Source: Piromyces finnis finn (Eukaryota; Fungi; Neocallimastigomycota). Taken from it: 64,000 nucleotides of DNA. The notes under the pieces were generated by a model. It was not told the origin of the DNA, made no database searches, and worked only from the letters and a program-made list of their open reading frames with translations. A program made the translations under genes and the position numbers. The stretch is from the NCBI GenBank assembly GCA_002104945.1, contig MCFH01000065.1, positions 124,001 to 188,000 on the forward strand. Reading direction: 5' to 3'. This document shows positions 13,473 to 26,125 of the stretch, in pieces; within the stretch, counting starts at the first letter, position 1; every line of letters starts with the position of its first letter.

Positions 13473-14799
13473 TTCTATTAATTCTATGTATTATTTGTAT
13501 TATTCATAAAGAAAGTATTATTAGAAAAAAAAAATATTATTAATTTCAAAACACATTATTAAAATAGAAATGAGAAAAAAAGAAAAAAAAAAAGCAGTTA
13601 CTAGAATTATTTTTTTTACATTAACTATTAGTCTTTATATATTTTTTTTATTTTTATAAAAGTTTTTAAAAACAATAAATAAATAATCTGACCAAAAAAT
13701 AAATATAAATTAAATGAATTACTTTTTTTTTTTCAATCCCAAAAAAATATTAAAGTGAAAATATTCATATAAATATTTTGGATGATATTTTTTTTTATAA
13801 ACATTAGCATCATTTTTCTATTCACATTTTTTATAATTTTTACATGTCTGTCTTCATTAAAGAAAAACTTTCGTATTCTCTTTATGAACATCTGTTCCAT
13901 AATCAATAAATGTATTTATATTTATATATTATTTTCATAATCGTATTGACAAACTGTCATCAAAAATAATAAAATTAATAACTGACCATTTTTATTTTAA
14001 TCGTTTCTATTTTCATTATTATTCTTTCGCTCAGTACTCATAGGAAATTTTTCTCTGTATTAAATTTATTATAAATTTCTTACAAATTACAATTTTCTAA
14101 TTTTTAAAATCATTATTTTTTTTTTCTTTAAATAATTAATTATAAATAAATCACTTTGTTTCATAGTCTATTTTGTATTCATATTCTTATAAATAGTAAG
14201 GAACAATATCTTTTTAATTCAGTATTATTATCTTCAAAGTCATTCTTTCTTACATATCTTAAATTTAAAGTTTTTTTATGGAGAATTAATATCTATTAAA
14301 TACTGAAATATAAACATTGGTATATCAAAATTTCAAAAAAAGAAAAAAAATGTTTTTTATTTAATTCTTAAACTAGTACATTGTCATTTCCAATAATAAT
14401 TATGTTTATGAAAGTTTTATCTATCTAAGAATTTAAAATATGTTTCTTTTTTTTTTTTAAAAAAAAAAAAATTTCAATAACAAAAATTTTATAGAATAAT
14501 AATTTTAATAATAATAAAATAAACAAAATATATTTATTATTTATTATAGAAATCAAACTTATTTTTAATAAAAGATTTAAGTAGAATTATATTAAAATAA
14601 AAAACAACCCTTTTTTTTTATTTATTTTATTTTATTTTGTAGACATTGATTTTTATTATGCGAACAACTTCATTAAAATGTGTATATAATATATATAATA
14701 TAGTTTTCAGATATAGAATAGTTTGAAAAGGCTAAAGTGGAAAAAAAAAAAGTTCTCTTTAATTAATGTTGATAGATTTATTTGAGAAATGAAATACAT

Positions 14800-15560
14800 G
14801 ATATATATATATAGGACTTTTTCGCTCAACTTTTTTGATAATCATTTTATCCTTTTTTTTTAATAAATATTAAGAATTATTTTATCGCTTCGAAATAAAA
14901 GTTAAACCATTTTATAACAATATTTTTTTACGTTCCTTCTTGGAGGAATTTTAGAATTACAAATCAAAAAAAAAAAAAATAGAATAAAAATCATTGGAAT
15001 GAACAGTTTTACAGTTTATCAAGGTTTCATGATAAAAGATCCCATATGGATTTTCTTATTATAAACAATCCTTATTATTTGTAGCTCTTTGTTAAGTAGG
15101 TCACACCTAATATCATCAGGAGCACTAACATCATACCAATATGACAAAGGAACCTCCTTACACTAGTAATGCATTATGAAATTAATTTTAATAATAGTTA
15201 TTTAACTTTTAAATATAAAGTAAAAAGTATACTTTTAATAATAATTTTTTTTTAAAAAAAAAAAAAAAAAAAGGAATAATATGTATATTATATGTATTAT
15301 TATATGAAGAACATTCTAAAAAAAAAAAAAATTCATTGATGAAAAGATTATTCATCATTTTCATAACATGGACAAACACAATGACAGTCAGGAGTAACTT
15401 TATTACTAGCAACAATAGTTCTTTACCTCAACAAATACTGGATAATCCAAATCTACCTAGGCTAATAAGCATAGGTTGATTTGAATTAACATTTGAAACA
15501 TTAATCACTTCATTTCGATGGTATATTAAAAGAATTATCCTTTTATAAATGGTCAAATTT
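14800..15560. mobile_element. Old LINE relic of the family seen at 51-61 kb, in two oppositely oriented pieces
   Basis: ~14800-15180 aligns in + sense with 52620-53050 (e.g. GAATGAACAG.TTTACAGTT.ATCA; CCAATATG.CAAAGGAAC). ~15300-15560 aligns in - sense with the Zn-finger region (CAGTCAGG.GTAACT.TATTACTAGCAA, cf. 56058). Confidence 0.7.
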
Positions 15561-16172
15561 AGAATATTTCTTTATCCTTTTGGTAATAACATTTACTATA
15601 TATATATATTATATTTTTTATTCTTTTTAAAATCAAAAAGGTATTTTTTTTTTTTAAAATTTTTTTATTTAAAATATAATTTTTTATTTTATGTAATTTT
15701 ATAATATTTGAATTTTATATTTTTATTATTAATATAATTTCAATTAATAGTTATATATACTTTTCATTCAAAAATATATAAAGAGTATTGTTTAATGTGT
15801 ATTATATTGTATTATTGTGTATTGTATATATTATATTCAGGGTTTTTTTTATATATACGATTTTTTTATCCATTCATTTTAGCAAATTTACAAAACTATT
15901 TTGTTTAATTATTAATTATAATTAATACAAAATTATAAGATTGAATAAAACATGATGCTATATATTTTATAAAATATATAATATAGAATTATTCAATGAT
16001 TTTGTATAAATATTGCTTTTTTTTTAAAAAAAAATAATTATTATATTATTTGAGATGTAATAAAAATAATGATATTAAATATATTTAAGATGTTAGAGAT
16101 ATTTAATCATTATAAATATTTAAAAATATCTTAAATATATTTTTTGATAATAGGATATAATATGTTTACTTC

Positions 16173-16205
<33 letters not shown>

Positions 16206-16235
16206 TATTAAATTTAGAAAATAAAGTTTTTAAAT

Positions 16236-17480
16236 TTAATTATCATATTCAACTTCAGTTTTTTCATCATCAGAGTTATCGTCAGCAGAATCTTCTCCAA
16301 TAATTTCATCATCATCAACAGAAATAGTAATAGTTTCATCATCAGAATCAGAATAATCATTGTCCTTGTCAATATTTAATTTAATATTATAACCTTGTTC
16401 GAAATTAGATCTTAAATAATAGGTGGCTTCAAGATTTTTTTGATCATAAACAATACTCCATTGAGTATACATTCCTTGAGATGAAGCCTTGAGAGTGTCT
16501 CTAACGTTTTCAGCATTCATATTTGGATTTTCAGACATCATGGCTTCAATAATTTCTAATCTTTTATCTTCTTCATATTGACCAAGATTATTCATTCCCT
16601 CAGCAAGATAATGGTTAGTCATGACTTTTGTTTCAGTAATCATCATTTTATCTTCGTAGTATTCAACACTAACAGCCTTTCCATTACTATCAGAAATTAA
16701 ATAATGAATGTTAATACCAAAAGATGGATGATAGTTTGTTTTCTTTAAAATCTCAAGAGCTTCATCAACATTTGCAGCCTTATCTAATAAAACACGAACA
16801 ATTGGTAAAGTAGTTAAATTATAGTTATTTTCAACATTTTGTTCAACTATTTCAACATCTGGAAGCATGTTGACAGAAATACTTAAACCCTTTTCATTTA
16901 AACCATCTACTGGAGTATATAATGAAATAATTCTTAATATATCATCTGGTATTGATAATGATACTGTTTGATTAAAAATATAATTCCTTATTAGATCCTC
17001 ATATGTTAGTAAATCAGCAATCCAACCAATAAAATTGGTATTTACTGTTGATATAGAAGAATAACTATTATCAGGATAATTAGTCAAAATTACTGTGTTA
17101 CTACCAAAAAAGTCAAAATTTTTTCCGAAATAAAAACCATCACCGGATTCATTTGGAGTTTGGAAAGCTGAACATGCCATATTTTCGTTGTTAATAAAGA
17201 AAGTTGTGTCATTTTGGTAGCCATGGAATTTCAACATATAATTTATAAATTCAATATCATTGTTAAATCCTTTAACCTTAAGTAAAGAATCTATACCATC
17301 GTCACCTCTAAATTCAGTTATCTTTAAAAAATCATTTACAACTTGTAACTCTTCGGTTGGTTCAAGTTGTTGAATAGATCCAGATTCAGTAGTTTCTTCT
17401 TGAATTTCAATTGGAGAAGATAATACAAGAGAAACACAGATGATGAAAGAAAAAATAATTTGTAAATTCTTAAAATACAT
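16236..17480 (-). CDS. Secreted N-terminal-nucleophile (Ntn) hydrolase, linear amide C-N hydrolase / choloylglycine hydrolase family, 414 aa
   Basis: Intronless ORF with a signal peptide. Putative nucleophile Cys in MACSAF followed by FGKNFDF; family motifs DGLNEKGLSIS, HYLISDSNGKAVSVEY, MTNHYL, TQWSIVYD; acidic C-terminal tail. Confidence 0.85.
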   Translation of the reverse strand: MYFKNLQIIFSFIICVSLVLSSPIEIQEETTESGSIQQLEPTEELQVVNDFLKITEFRGDDGIDSLLKVKGFNNDIEFINYMLKFHGYQNDTTFFINNENMACSAFQTPNESGDGFYFGKNFDFFGSNTVILTNYPDNSYSSISTVNTNFIGWIADLLTYEDLIRNYIFNQTVSLSIPDDILRIISLYTPVDGLNEKGLSISVNMLPDVEIVEQNVENNYNLTTLPIVRVLLDKAANVDEALEILKKTNYHPSFGINIHYLISDSNGKAVSVEYYEDKMMITETKVMTNHYLAEGMNNLGQYEEDKRLEIIEAMMSENPNMNAENVRDTLKASSQGMYTQWSIVYDQKNLEATYYLRSNFEQGYNIKLNIDKDNDYSDSDDETITISVDDDEIIGEDSADDNSDDEKTEVEYDN

Positions 17481-18269
17481 TTTTTAAAAATAATTAATAT
17501 TATTTATATAATAAATTTAAAATAATATTAGATATAAAATATTAATAAATATTTTATATATTTTATTTTTTTTTTCTTTTTTTTTTTAGTTTCTAATTTA
17601 AAAAGGTAATATTAGTTCTTTTTATACATTGTGGAAAATACACAATAATATTAATATTTAATTTGGCATAATTAAATTAAATTAAATTAAAAATAATATA
17701 TGGATAATCTTTATCATTAATATTCTTTTTTTTTTTTAAAAAAAAAAAGAGTACAAGATGCAATGTGAATTTTTATATTATTTTTAATATAAATAATATA
17801 TTATAAAATTGAAGTAACTTTTTATTGATTATGACATAATTATCTTTTTTGTATATTATATGTTTTAAGGAAAAATTAATAAAAGTAACTTTACTAAATA
17901 TGAAACAAATAATAATTAGAATAATAATAATAATAATAATAATACAATTAAAAAATAACGGTACGTAATATCAAAAATTTTATTATGAAATACTGAAGAA
18001 GGATAATGATTTTAAAAATTAACTTGTAAAAATATATAATAAAAAATATATAATTTATAATAATTAATAAGAAAAGTATAAAAGTGTGTATAAATGTATA
18101 AATATTATAATAATTAATAGTAACATTAATAAATATTAATTATTTTTTTTATGTTATAATTAACCTTATTATTAATTAAACTTTTTATTCTGTTGAATTG
18201 TCTCCCACATAATAGTCAATTAGTCATTTTTGTAGTTTTGTCGTAAAAGACACAAAAAATGGGTAATTC

Positions 18270-18680
18270 CTACATGATTCAGATGAACAAAAGAAGGTTG
18301 TATATGAATCATTCAAATCATTCAGTAAATATGGTTTCTTTAGCAATAATGCCTTTTTTTTTATTATTTTCAATTAACTAGAATTTTTAATAATGTCATT
18401 ATCAAGAAATATTGATGAATGTATGAATGTAAAAGAAAAAATAGAGTTATAAAGAATAATAGGAGTAAAGAATATAAAAAATTGGTCTATTGCTGGTCAT
18501 TTTCTTGGAGGAGCTATGGCATGTTATTTTGTTAATAGTTATAGAGGATAAATTAATGATTTAGTTTTATTTATTGCTGCTTTACATTGTATTAAAACTG
18601 TATATTTATTATTAATAGTAACTTCAAATGATAAAGTATTATAATGAGAAAAATATAATTATGAGAAGAATTTATTATTT
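18270..18680 (+). pseudogene. Degraded bacterial-type alpha/beta hydrolase (Abhydrolase_5-like)
   Basis: Reads IKNWSIAGHFLGGAMACYFVNSYRG*INDLVLFIAA. The GHSLGG nucleophile elbow has Ser replaced by Phe (TTT at 18501-18503). Upstream SLAIMPF and downstream NDKVL**EKY; multiple stops and frameshifts. Confidence 0.7.
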
Positions 18681-19071
18681 ATTCTACGTGCTACTGAAAG
18701 ACTAAGAGAAAAAAAAAGATTTTTATATATATTAGTTTGTATAAATTTTATGATTTTCTAATGGTCATTTGATTTTACATTACATTTCATATCATGACTA
18801 TTTTGAAATGAAATATTAATTTTTTTTATTTTCTTTTTAGATATTGATGGTACTTTTATTTATTAATATTATAAACTTATTAAAATACATTATATAATAA
18901 AAATTAAATATAAAAATTATAATGAAACATAATTTAAAAATAAGGACGAAACAGCTTCTAAATTTGTTCATTCCTTGACAATAATTCCTTATTGATTTTT
19001 ATTACCATTTGAATTTGTGTCAGAATTTCTTTCTTACTTTATCCTTTCAACATCAACGTTCCAAGCAACGA

Positions 19072-19097
19072 TTAACAACAACAACAACAACAACAAC

Positions 19098-19154
<57 letters not shown>

Positions 19155-19180
19155 TAGAATAATAATAATAATAATAATTA

Positions 19181-19223
<43 letters not shown>

Positions 19224-19255
19224 TAGAATAATAATAATAATAATAATAATAATAG
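19072..19255. repeat. Compound (AAC)n(AAT)n microsatellite with TAG interruptions
   Basis: Direct reading; it explains ORF 19009..19308. Confidence 0.95.
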
Positions 19256-19846
19256 TGACTTTCTATTTTTATTTTTTGAAGTATTTAATGTTAAAGTATG
19301 ATAAATAGTTTAAAGAATGTTTATCATAATATTAAAAATAATATCATTATATGAAGAATAAAATTTAATAATTACTATCGTTGACTATTTTTAAAAATAG
19401 CGTTATTTAAGAAAATAAATATTTTATCTTTATAAAATACTTTAATAAAGTTAACTAAAGAAAAAAATATATATTAGTGTTTTAGCGTCCAATAGAAAAG
19501 AAAAATGAATGTTAACTATTGGGTTTATTAAGAATAAATTGATTATATATAAATATATTTTCTTCTAAATTCTCATAATGTTAGACCTAAGTTTTCTACA
19601 AAAGGATTGTTTTATTTCCGAATATTTTGTTTTATTTTTTCATTAATAAGGTATAGGTGTCTATAAGAAATTTTGTAGTTTTTTATTAGATGGATATGTA
19701 AAAACAAAGTAAATAACAGACCAAATAGGATAAAATTATTTAGTAACCTTTTAATAAATTATTATAAATTATAAATTTAATTAATTTAATAATTAAATTT
19801 TTAAAATATAAACAGTATATTTAATATTATTTATACTTTAAAAATA

Positions 19847-20600
19847 ATGAATAGAAAAATAGAAGTAGGAAATGCTATACCAGATCTTATTAAGAGCAAT
19901 GACATTAGTATATTAGAGCAGTATATTGATTTAAATGAAATATCATTAAAATGATTTAATAATCAAAGTTTTGATTTATTAATATATTCAATTGAGAATG
20001 GTTGTTCCGATGAAATGATAAAGTTTATTGTTAGTCAATGCCAATATGAATCTTTTAATTTTTGTATTATTAATAATGATAATTGGATATGCCCTCTTTT
20101 TTTTTTTTTTGGCAATTAGAAGAAATAATTTTAAAATAGCTAATTATTTATTAAAAGAAGGTGTTGATATTAATTTTTCAGGCAATTCAATTATTAGTCA
20201 TTTAAATAGGTTAGATTTATTAAATAATAAGAATTTGAATTATATTTTAAATCATGGTTTTACTATCAAAGATATCAATCCTGATTTAATTGAGGATTTT
20301 TCAAATAATTCTAAAATTGATTTTCTGGAAATCATTTTTAATCACTTTATATATACTAATTCATTTATCCTATATTTATTGAAATTATATAAGAATAAAA
20401 CACCACGCAATGATTGGATTTGCAAAAAGAATAACAATGTAATATATAAATGGAAACACAAAGTTATATACAAAAAAAAAAAAAAAGGAGAATATATCAA
20501 ATATATTATTATATATAAAATAATATAAATGCATTCATAAAAAGAAATAAATAAATTTCTAGAAAAAAAAAAAAAAAGGATCTACATGATGCTTACAAAA
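19847..20600 (+). pseudogene. Disrupted, truncated ankyrin-repeat-like gene
   Basis: ATG at 19847, in-frame TGA at 19952 and a frameshift in a poly-T run near 20100. Reads FDLLIYSIENGCSDEMIKFIVSQCQY...PLF/AIRRNNFKIANYLLKEGVDIN, an ankyrin-like helix pair, then decays after ~20400. Confidence 0.65.
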
Positions 20601-20789
20601 TTAATCGAATATTTTCTTTTATGAGGTATAAAAAAAATTTTTTTTTCTTGGAAATTTTTAAGGTAAATTTATAAAAATTTTGAAAAGCATATAGAAACTA
20701 CTTCTATATATTGTATAAGTGATATAGTATAATACTATAATACTAATGGTCATATTGAAAATATTAAAAAAATAATAATAATAATAAAA

Positions 20790-21453
20790 ATGAAATTTTA
20801 TATTTTTTTTTTTTTTGGCATTTTATTGTTATTAAGTGACATAATATGTACAAAAGGAATTTCAGAAGAAGAAATTGAAAAAGGAAAGAATAAAGTGATT
20901 GAAAAAAATATATGATTTATATGGAGGAATTACATTTTATATTTCCTTACATGAAAAAATAAATGAAAATATTTTAGAATATTTTGTTATCCAAACTGCT
21001 TATGGTTATGATATTCAATCATTATATTGCTATTTTTATTATAACATCAAAACCTCTGAAGTCAATAAATCCTATTATGAAGGTATTCCTAATACTTTAA
21101 TGGGTAACATGTATGAAAGGTATTCTGATGATGTTATTGATCCATTTGATGCAAAAGAATTAGTAATTAATCTTAATAGGATCTTATATAATAACACCTA
21201 CACTTTAGACTTTAATAAAATTGCCTTTGAAGATTATTCAATTGATAGGGAAAAATTTGTTCGTATAACAAATCTACCATTTCCTGATGGTTATCATGTA
21301 ATAACTGCTGAAAAACAATATACCTTAGCTGATGCTAATTGGGTTGAAGTTACCTTTAAGCTTTTGAAGGCTAAAAGTTTTCTTTATGGAGTATACTCTA
21401 AAAGAGATATTTTACATGAATATATAAATGCTTATCACTATGTTAGAAAATAA
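20790..21453 (+). CDS. Secreted protein of unknown function (~220 aa) with a +1 frameshift in an A7 run (pseudogene or sequencing error)
   Basis: ATG at 20790 gives signal peptide MKFYIFFFFGILLLLSDIICTKG. Removing one A from the A7 run at 20902-20908 fuses it to ORF 20899..21453. No family recognised. Confidence 0.6.
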
Positions 21454-21877
21454 AGATAACCTATTAAATTAAAGAATTTTTTTTTTTCTTTCATATCCTT
21501 AAATTTAAAAAAAAAACTGAAGTTAAATAAAATAAATAAATAAAATTATTAAAAATTAAATTTAAAGAAAATCTATAATAATAATAATAATAATTGTGAA
21601 CATTTATGGACACATAATTTTATTTATCTATATCATATATTTATAAATACACGTGACTAATTTATAAAAACATAAACATGTATTAAAAGTGTTGTAAACG
21701 TAATGTCTACGTGTTGTAGAGATAGTTATTTTTTATTTATTTTATTTTATATGATCACATGACCTTATATCTCATTATATAACTGTAATATTTACTAATG
21801 TAACTTTTTCTTTTTGTTAACCTTATTAATAAAAATTATTTATTAATTAAATTCATTTCACAATAATAATAATAAAC

Positions 21878-21913
<36 letters not shown>

Positions 21914-22488
21914 GTAGTAATAATAGTTGAACCAAAAAAAAAATAAGTAAATAAAAATTAAATGTTAAAAGCAACAATAAGTAAAACTGAAAGAAGTTTT
22001 CACTTTTTATTAAATAAAACTTAAATTTTTAATGTTTTTAATAATAGTTAAGTACAGTATTAGGATGGTTTATTATTGAGAATGTCAATGTCAAAAGGAT
22101 AAGATAATAAAGAAATTCTGATTCCTCCTGGGAACATACTTCCTTTATGGAGTTTTCTAGGAGGCTTTTCCAAAGAATCTTTTTATTAACATTCTTTTGC
22201 ATACTAAAGTCATATTATATATTTACTTCCAGATTATCTTTATCCAAATAATGAATATTAATAAATTTTAACATTTTATCCCGAATAAAATTTAAAAGTT
22301 ACTTAATTTTGATATATTTATATACGAGCATCAACTCTACTCATATCCATTTCCAATTTTTCTTTTCATTTTAATATTTCTTATTATCAACTTTTATTGC
22401 TTATCTTGTCAACTATTTATGAAAATTATATATACAATACTTATCATTCACAAAAGTTTCATTTACAAAAAAAAATTAAAATTTTCTT

Positions 22489-22683
<195 letters not shown>

Positions 22684-24467
22684 ATTTTATTTTTTTTTTT
22701 TTGATATTACATCAAAAGTGAAATGGAAGTGGAATGGAAAGGTGTAAAAGGTCATGATGTAATATCTCAAGAATGTAACAATTAAAAGTGTTGAAAGCAA
22801 AAAAAAAAAAAAAAAAAAAAAAAATTCAGAAACATTAGACTTTGAGAATTTTAAGAACTGAAATTTAAATAGCGGTAAGAACTTTCAAATATACATAAAA
22901 TTATAATTCTCAAACATTATTACATTACTATTAATCATTCTTTAGAAAAGAATGCATTTTATTTAAATTAAATACGCTTCATAAAAAAAAGGAAAAGAGG
23001 AAGTAGAACTATTTAAATATATATTCATCTTTACGTTTTATAATTGAGAAAAAGAACAAAATTAGATAGAAACCTTTTGTTTTTTTTATATTGATAATTA
23101 TTCTTTTAATTAGAATTTATAGATTTTTATTATATTCATTCAAAGAGTATTAATACAAAAATAAAGTATTAATAATATTTATATCAAAATATAGACTTTC
23201 CTTTAAATAAAATGGGATTATTAATAGAAAAGCATCAATTAAAGTGGTGGTGGTGGTGGTTTAAGCTTTATGCACAACTAAAATATTAATTCCATTTTTA
23301 GTATTATTTGTTTAATTAAATTTCAGAAGAATTATATAATAATCCGCTGATCACCACGCATTCAAACTTTAATTATTATATAAAATAAAAATATTTTAGG
23401 AATTGGGAAATATAATAAAACTTTATTTAATATTTAAAATTAATTAAAAAAAGAATAATCCAATAAAATTTTGAATACAAAAAAGTTTATGAAATCTTTA
23501 TTTATTTAATCAAATATGATTGGTTAAAAATATAAAATTTTTTGTTTTTTTTTCATATTCTTAATAATTTTGTCAAAAATATATAATTGAAAAAGGTTTG
23601 ATGTAATAATAGTATATTTAAAAGCTAATAAAACAAGATATTTAAATACATAATGAATATTTAACAATTTTTCCAGAATAAATTATCCCTTATTTTCAAA
23701 GTATAAAAATGATATGAAATAAGAATATATTTATAATAATAGTGATATTCTAATACTATTCCTATTGTATTTTTTCTTTTTTCTAATTTATAAATTTTAA
23801 AGTTTGAAATTTTTTTTAATATAATGGATCAGGATTTTTTTTATTACTATTTTTACTATCCTTGACATGTTTTATTGGTTCATTTTTTTAGTATTAAGAA
23901 TTAAAAAAAAAAGTTATTTTTTAGGTAAGTTACGGCCTACTTTGACTTTTTTTTAGATATTGTAGTAAATTAATTTATCTATTATGTTCATATATTAATA
24001 TATATTGTTTATATATGTAATTATAAAGAAATTTTAATTATAAACATTAATTTTTATTCTATTTAAAATTTTCTACATTGAAATGAGTATTAAATAAATA
24101 AGTAGATAAATAAATAGATAAATAAATAAATAAATGATTAAATAAATAAATGATTAAATAAATAAATATTTTAAATATAATTATAGCTACCTTTCTTTAA
24201 AAAAAAAAAAGTCAAATTGCTTTTTTAAATCAATATATATATATTGATTATAATATATTTGTTTTATTGATAATAATCTTAAAAAAAAAAAAAAGATTAA
24301 TCTTTAAATATAATGTTTATTAATTGATATTAATCATTTATTAGTTTGTAATTCAAAAATTTGTAATTTAAAAAATTGAAATATAATTATAAAATACTCA
24401 TTCAAATACATATAAAATATTTCCTTAGTTTTTTTATTTTTATACAATAAATCAAATATTATTTAAA

Positions 24468-24503
<36 letters not shown>

Positions 24504-24529
24504 ATATATTTAATTAAATAATTGTAGAA

Positions 24530-26125
24530 ATGGAATTTAAACTTTATTTAATTTCAGCAGTTTTAGTTTTTTTCAATTCTCTAAGTAATGGTAAACCTTC
24601 AAGTACCACAACTACAGCTGTAGTTTCTTCACTTGAACCATGTAGAATTTATTCTCTTCCACCATACTACAGAGAAAATTGTACTAAAGATGGTGGTGTA
24701 TACACAACTACCTATACTATGGGTTTATGTGGTAATAATGAAGCTTGTGAATGTCCATACTATACCTGTTTAAATCAAAGTCCAAAAACAACCACCACAA
24801 CTACTACAACTACTACAACTAAAATAACTCCAAAAATAACTCCAACAGTAACTTCTTCACTTGAACCATGTAGAATTTATTCTCTTCCACCATACTACAG
24901 AGAAAATTGTACTAAAGATGGTGGTGTATACACAACTACCTATACTATGGGTTTATGTGGTAATAATGAAGCTTGTGAATGTCCATACTATACCTGTTTA
25001 AATCAAAGTCCAAAAACAACCACCACAACTACTACAACTACTACAACTAAAATAACTCCAAAAATAACTCCAACAGTAACTTCTTCACTTGAACCATGTA
25101 GAATTTATTCTCTTCCACCATACTACAGAGAAAATTGTACTAAAGATGGTGGTGTATACACAACTACCTATACTATGGGTTTATGTGGTAATAATGAAGC
25201 TTGTGAATGTCCATACTATACCTGTTTAAATCAAAGTCCAAAAACAACCACCACAACTACTACAACTACTACAACTAAAATAACTCCAAAAATAACTCCA
25301 ACAGTAACTTCTTCACTTGAACCATGTAGAATTTATTCTCTTCCACCATACTACAGAGAAAATTGTACTAAAGATGGTGGTGTATACACAACTACCTATA
25401 CTATGGGTTTATGTGGTAATAATGAAGCTTGTGAATGTCCATACTATACCTGTTTAAATCAAAGTCCAAAAACAACCACCACAACTACTACAACTACTAC
25501 AACTAAAATAACTCCAACAGTAACTTCTTCACTTGAACCATGTAGAATTTATTCTCTTCCACCATACTACAGAGAAAATTGTACTAAAGATGGTGGTGTA
25601 TACACAACTACCTATACTATGGGTTTATGTGGTAATAATGAAGCCTGTGAATGTCCATACTATACCTGTTTAAATCAAAGTCCAAAAACAACCACTACAA
25701 CTACTAAAATTAAAACCTCTACCCTTCAAAGTTGTAAAACATACACTATGCCACCACACTACAGAGAAAATTGTACTAAAGATGGTGGTATATATACAAA
25801 AACTTATTCTTTGGGTTTATGTAATAAAACTAAAACCTGTAATTGCTCATATTACACCTGTTTAAGAAATACTAAGACCGAAAATTGTGAAAAAGTTACA
25901 GTTACTATAAAGGATAAAACAACCGTAACTATAAAAGAAACCATAAAAGAAACTGTTACAGTCACAAAAACTGTTCAACCACATGCCTCTAATACTAATG
26001 ATGCTACTACTAAATGTGTTAAAAAGTGGGGACAATGCGGTGGTGTTGGATTTAATGGTTCATCATGTTGTGAATCTGGTTTAACTTGTCAAAAAATTAA
26101 TAAATACTATTCTCAATGTATGTAA
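24530..26125 (+). CDS. Secreted non-catalytic protein: six copies of a 6-Cys module with Thr linkers and a C-terminal CBM1, 531 aa
   Basis: Signal peptide; five near-identical units (228, 228, 228 and 216 bp spacing) and a diverged sixth. The C-terminus CVKKWGQCGGVGFNGSSCCESGLTCQKINKYYSQCM matches the fungal CBM1 consensus (QCGG...C...C...N.YYSQC). Confidence 0.92.
   Translation: MEFKLYLISAVLVFFNSLSNGKPSSTTTTAVVSSLEPCRIYSLPPYYRENCTKDGGVYTTTYTMGLCGNNEACECPYYTCLNQSPKTTTTTTTTTTTKITPKITPTVTSSLEPCRIYSLPPYYRENCTKDGGVYTTTYTMGLCGNNEACECPYYTCLNQSPKTTTTTTTTTTTKITPKITPTVTSSLEPCRIYSLPPYYRENCTKDGGVYTTTYTMGLCGNNEACECPYYTCLNQSPKTTTTTTTTTTTKITPKITPTVTSSLEPCRIYSLPPYYRENCTKDGGVYTTTYTMGLCGNNEACECPYYTCLNQSPKTTTTTTTTTTTKITPTVTSSLEPCRIYSLPPYYRENCTKDGGVYTTTYTMGLCGNNEACECPYYTCLNQSPKTTTTTTKIKTSTLQSCKTYTMPPHYRENCTKDGGIYTKTYSLGLCNKTKTCNCSYYTCLRNTKTENCEKVTVTIKDKTTVTIKETIKETVTVTKTVQPHASNTNDATTKCVKKWGQCGGVGFNGSSCCESGLTCQKINKYYSQCM

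Noticed and set aside
19009-19308. Poly-Thr/Ile ORF, and likewise ORFs 12510..12817, 22397..22664, 31453..31663 and 60706..61092
   Set aside because: All are translations of microsatellite or low-complexity DNA.
22060-22400. Slightly GC-richer patch reading DSLEKPPRKLHKGSMFPGGIRIS on the minus strand
   Set aside because: May be a gene relic, but it is short, full of stops and has no recognisable motif.
24620-25700. 228-bp direct repeats as a CRISPR array or mobile element
   Set aside because: Contiguous in-frame coding repeats with no spacers.
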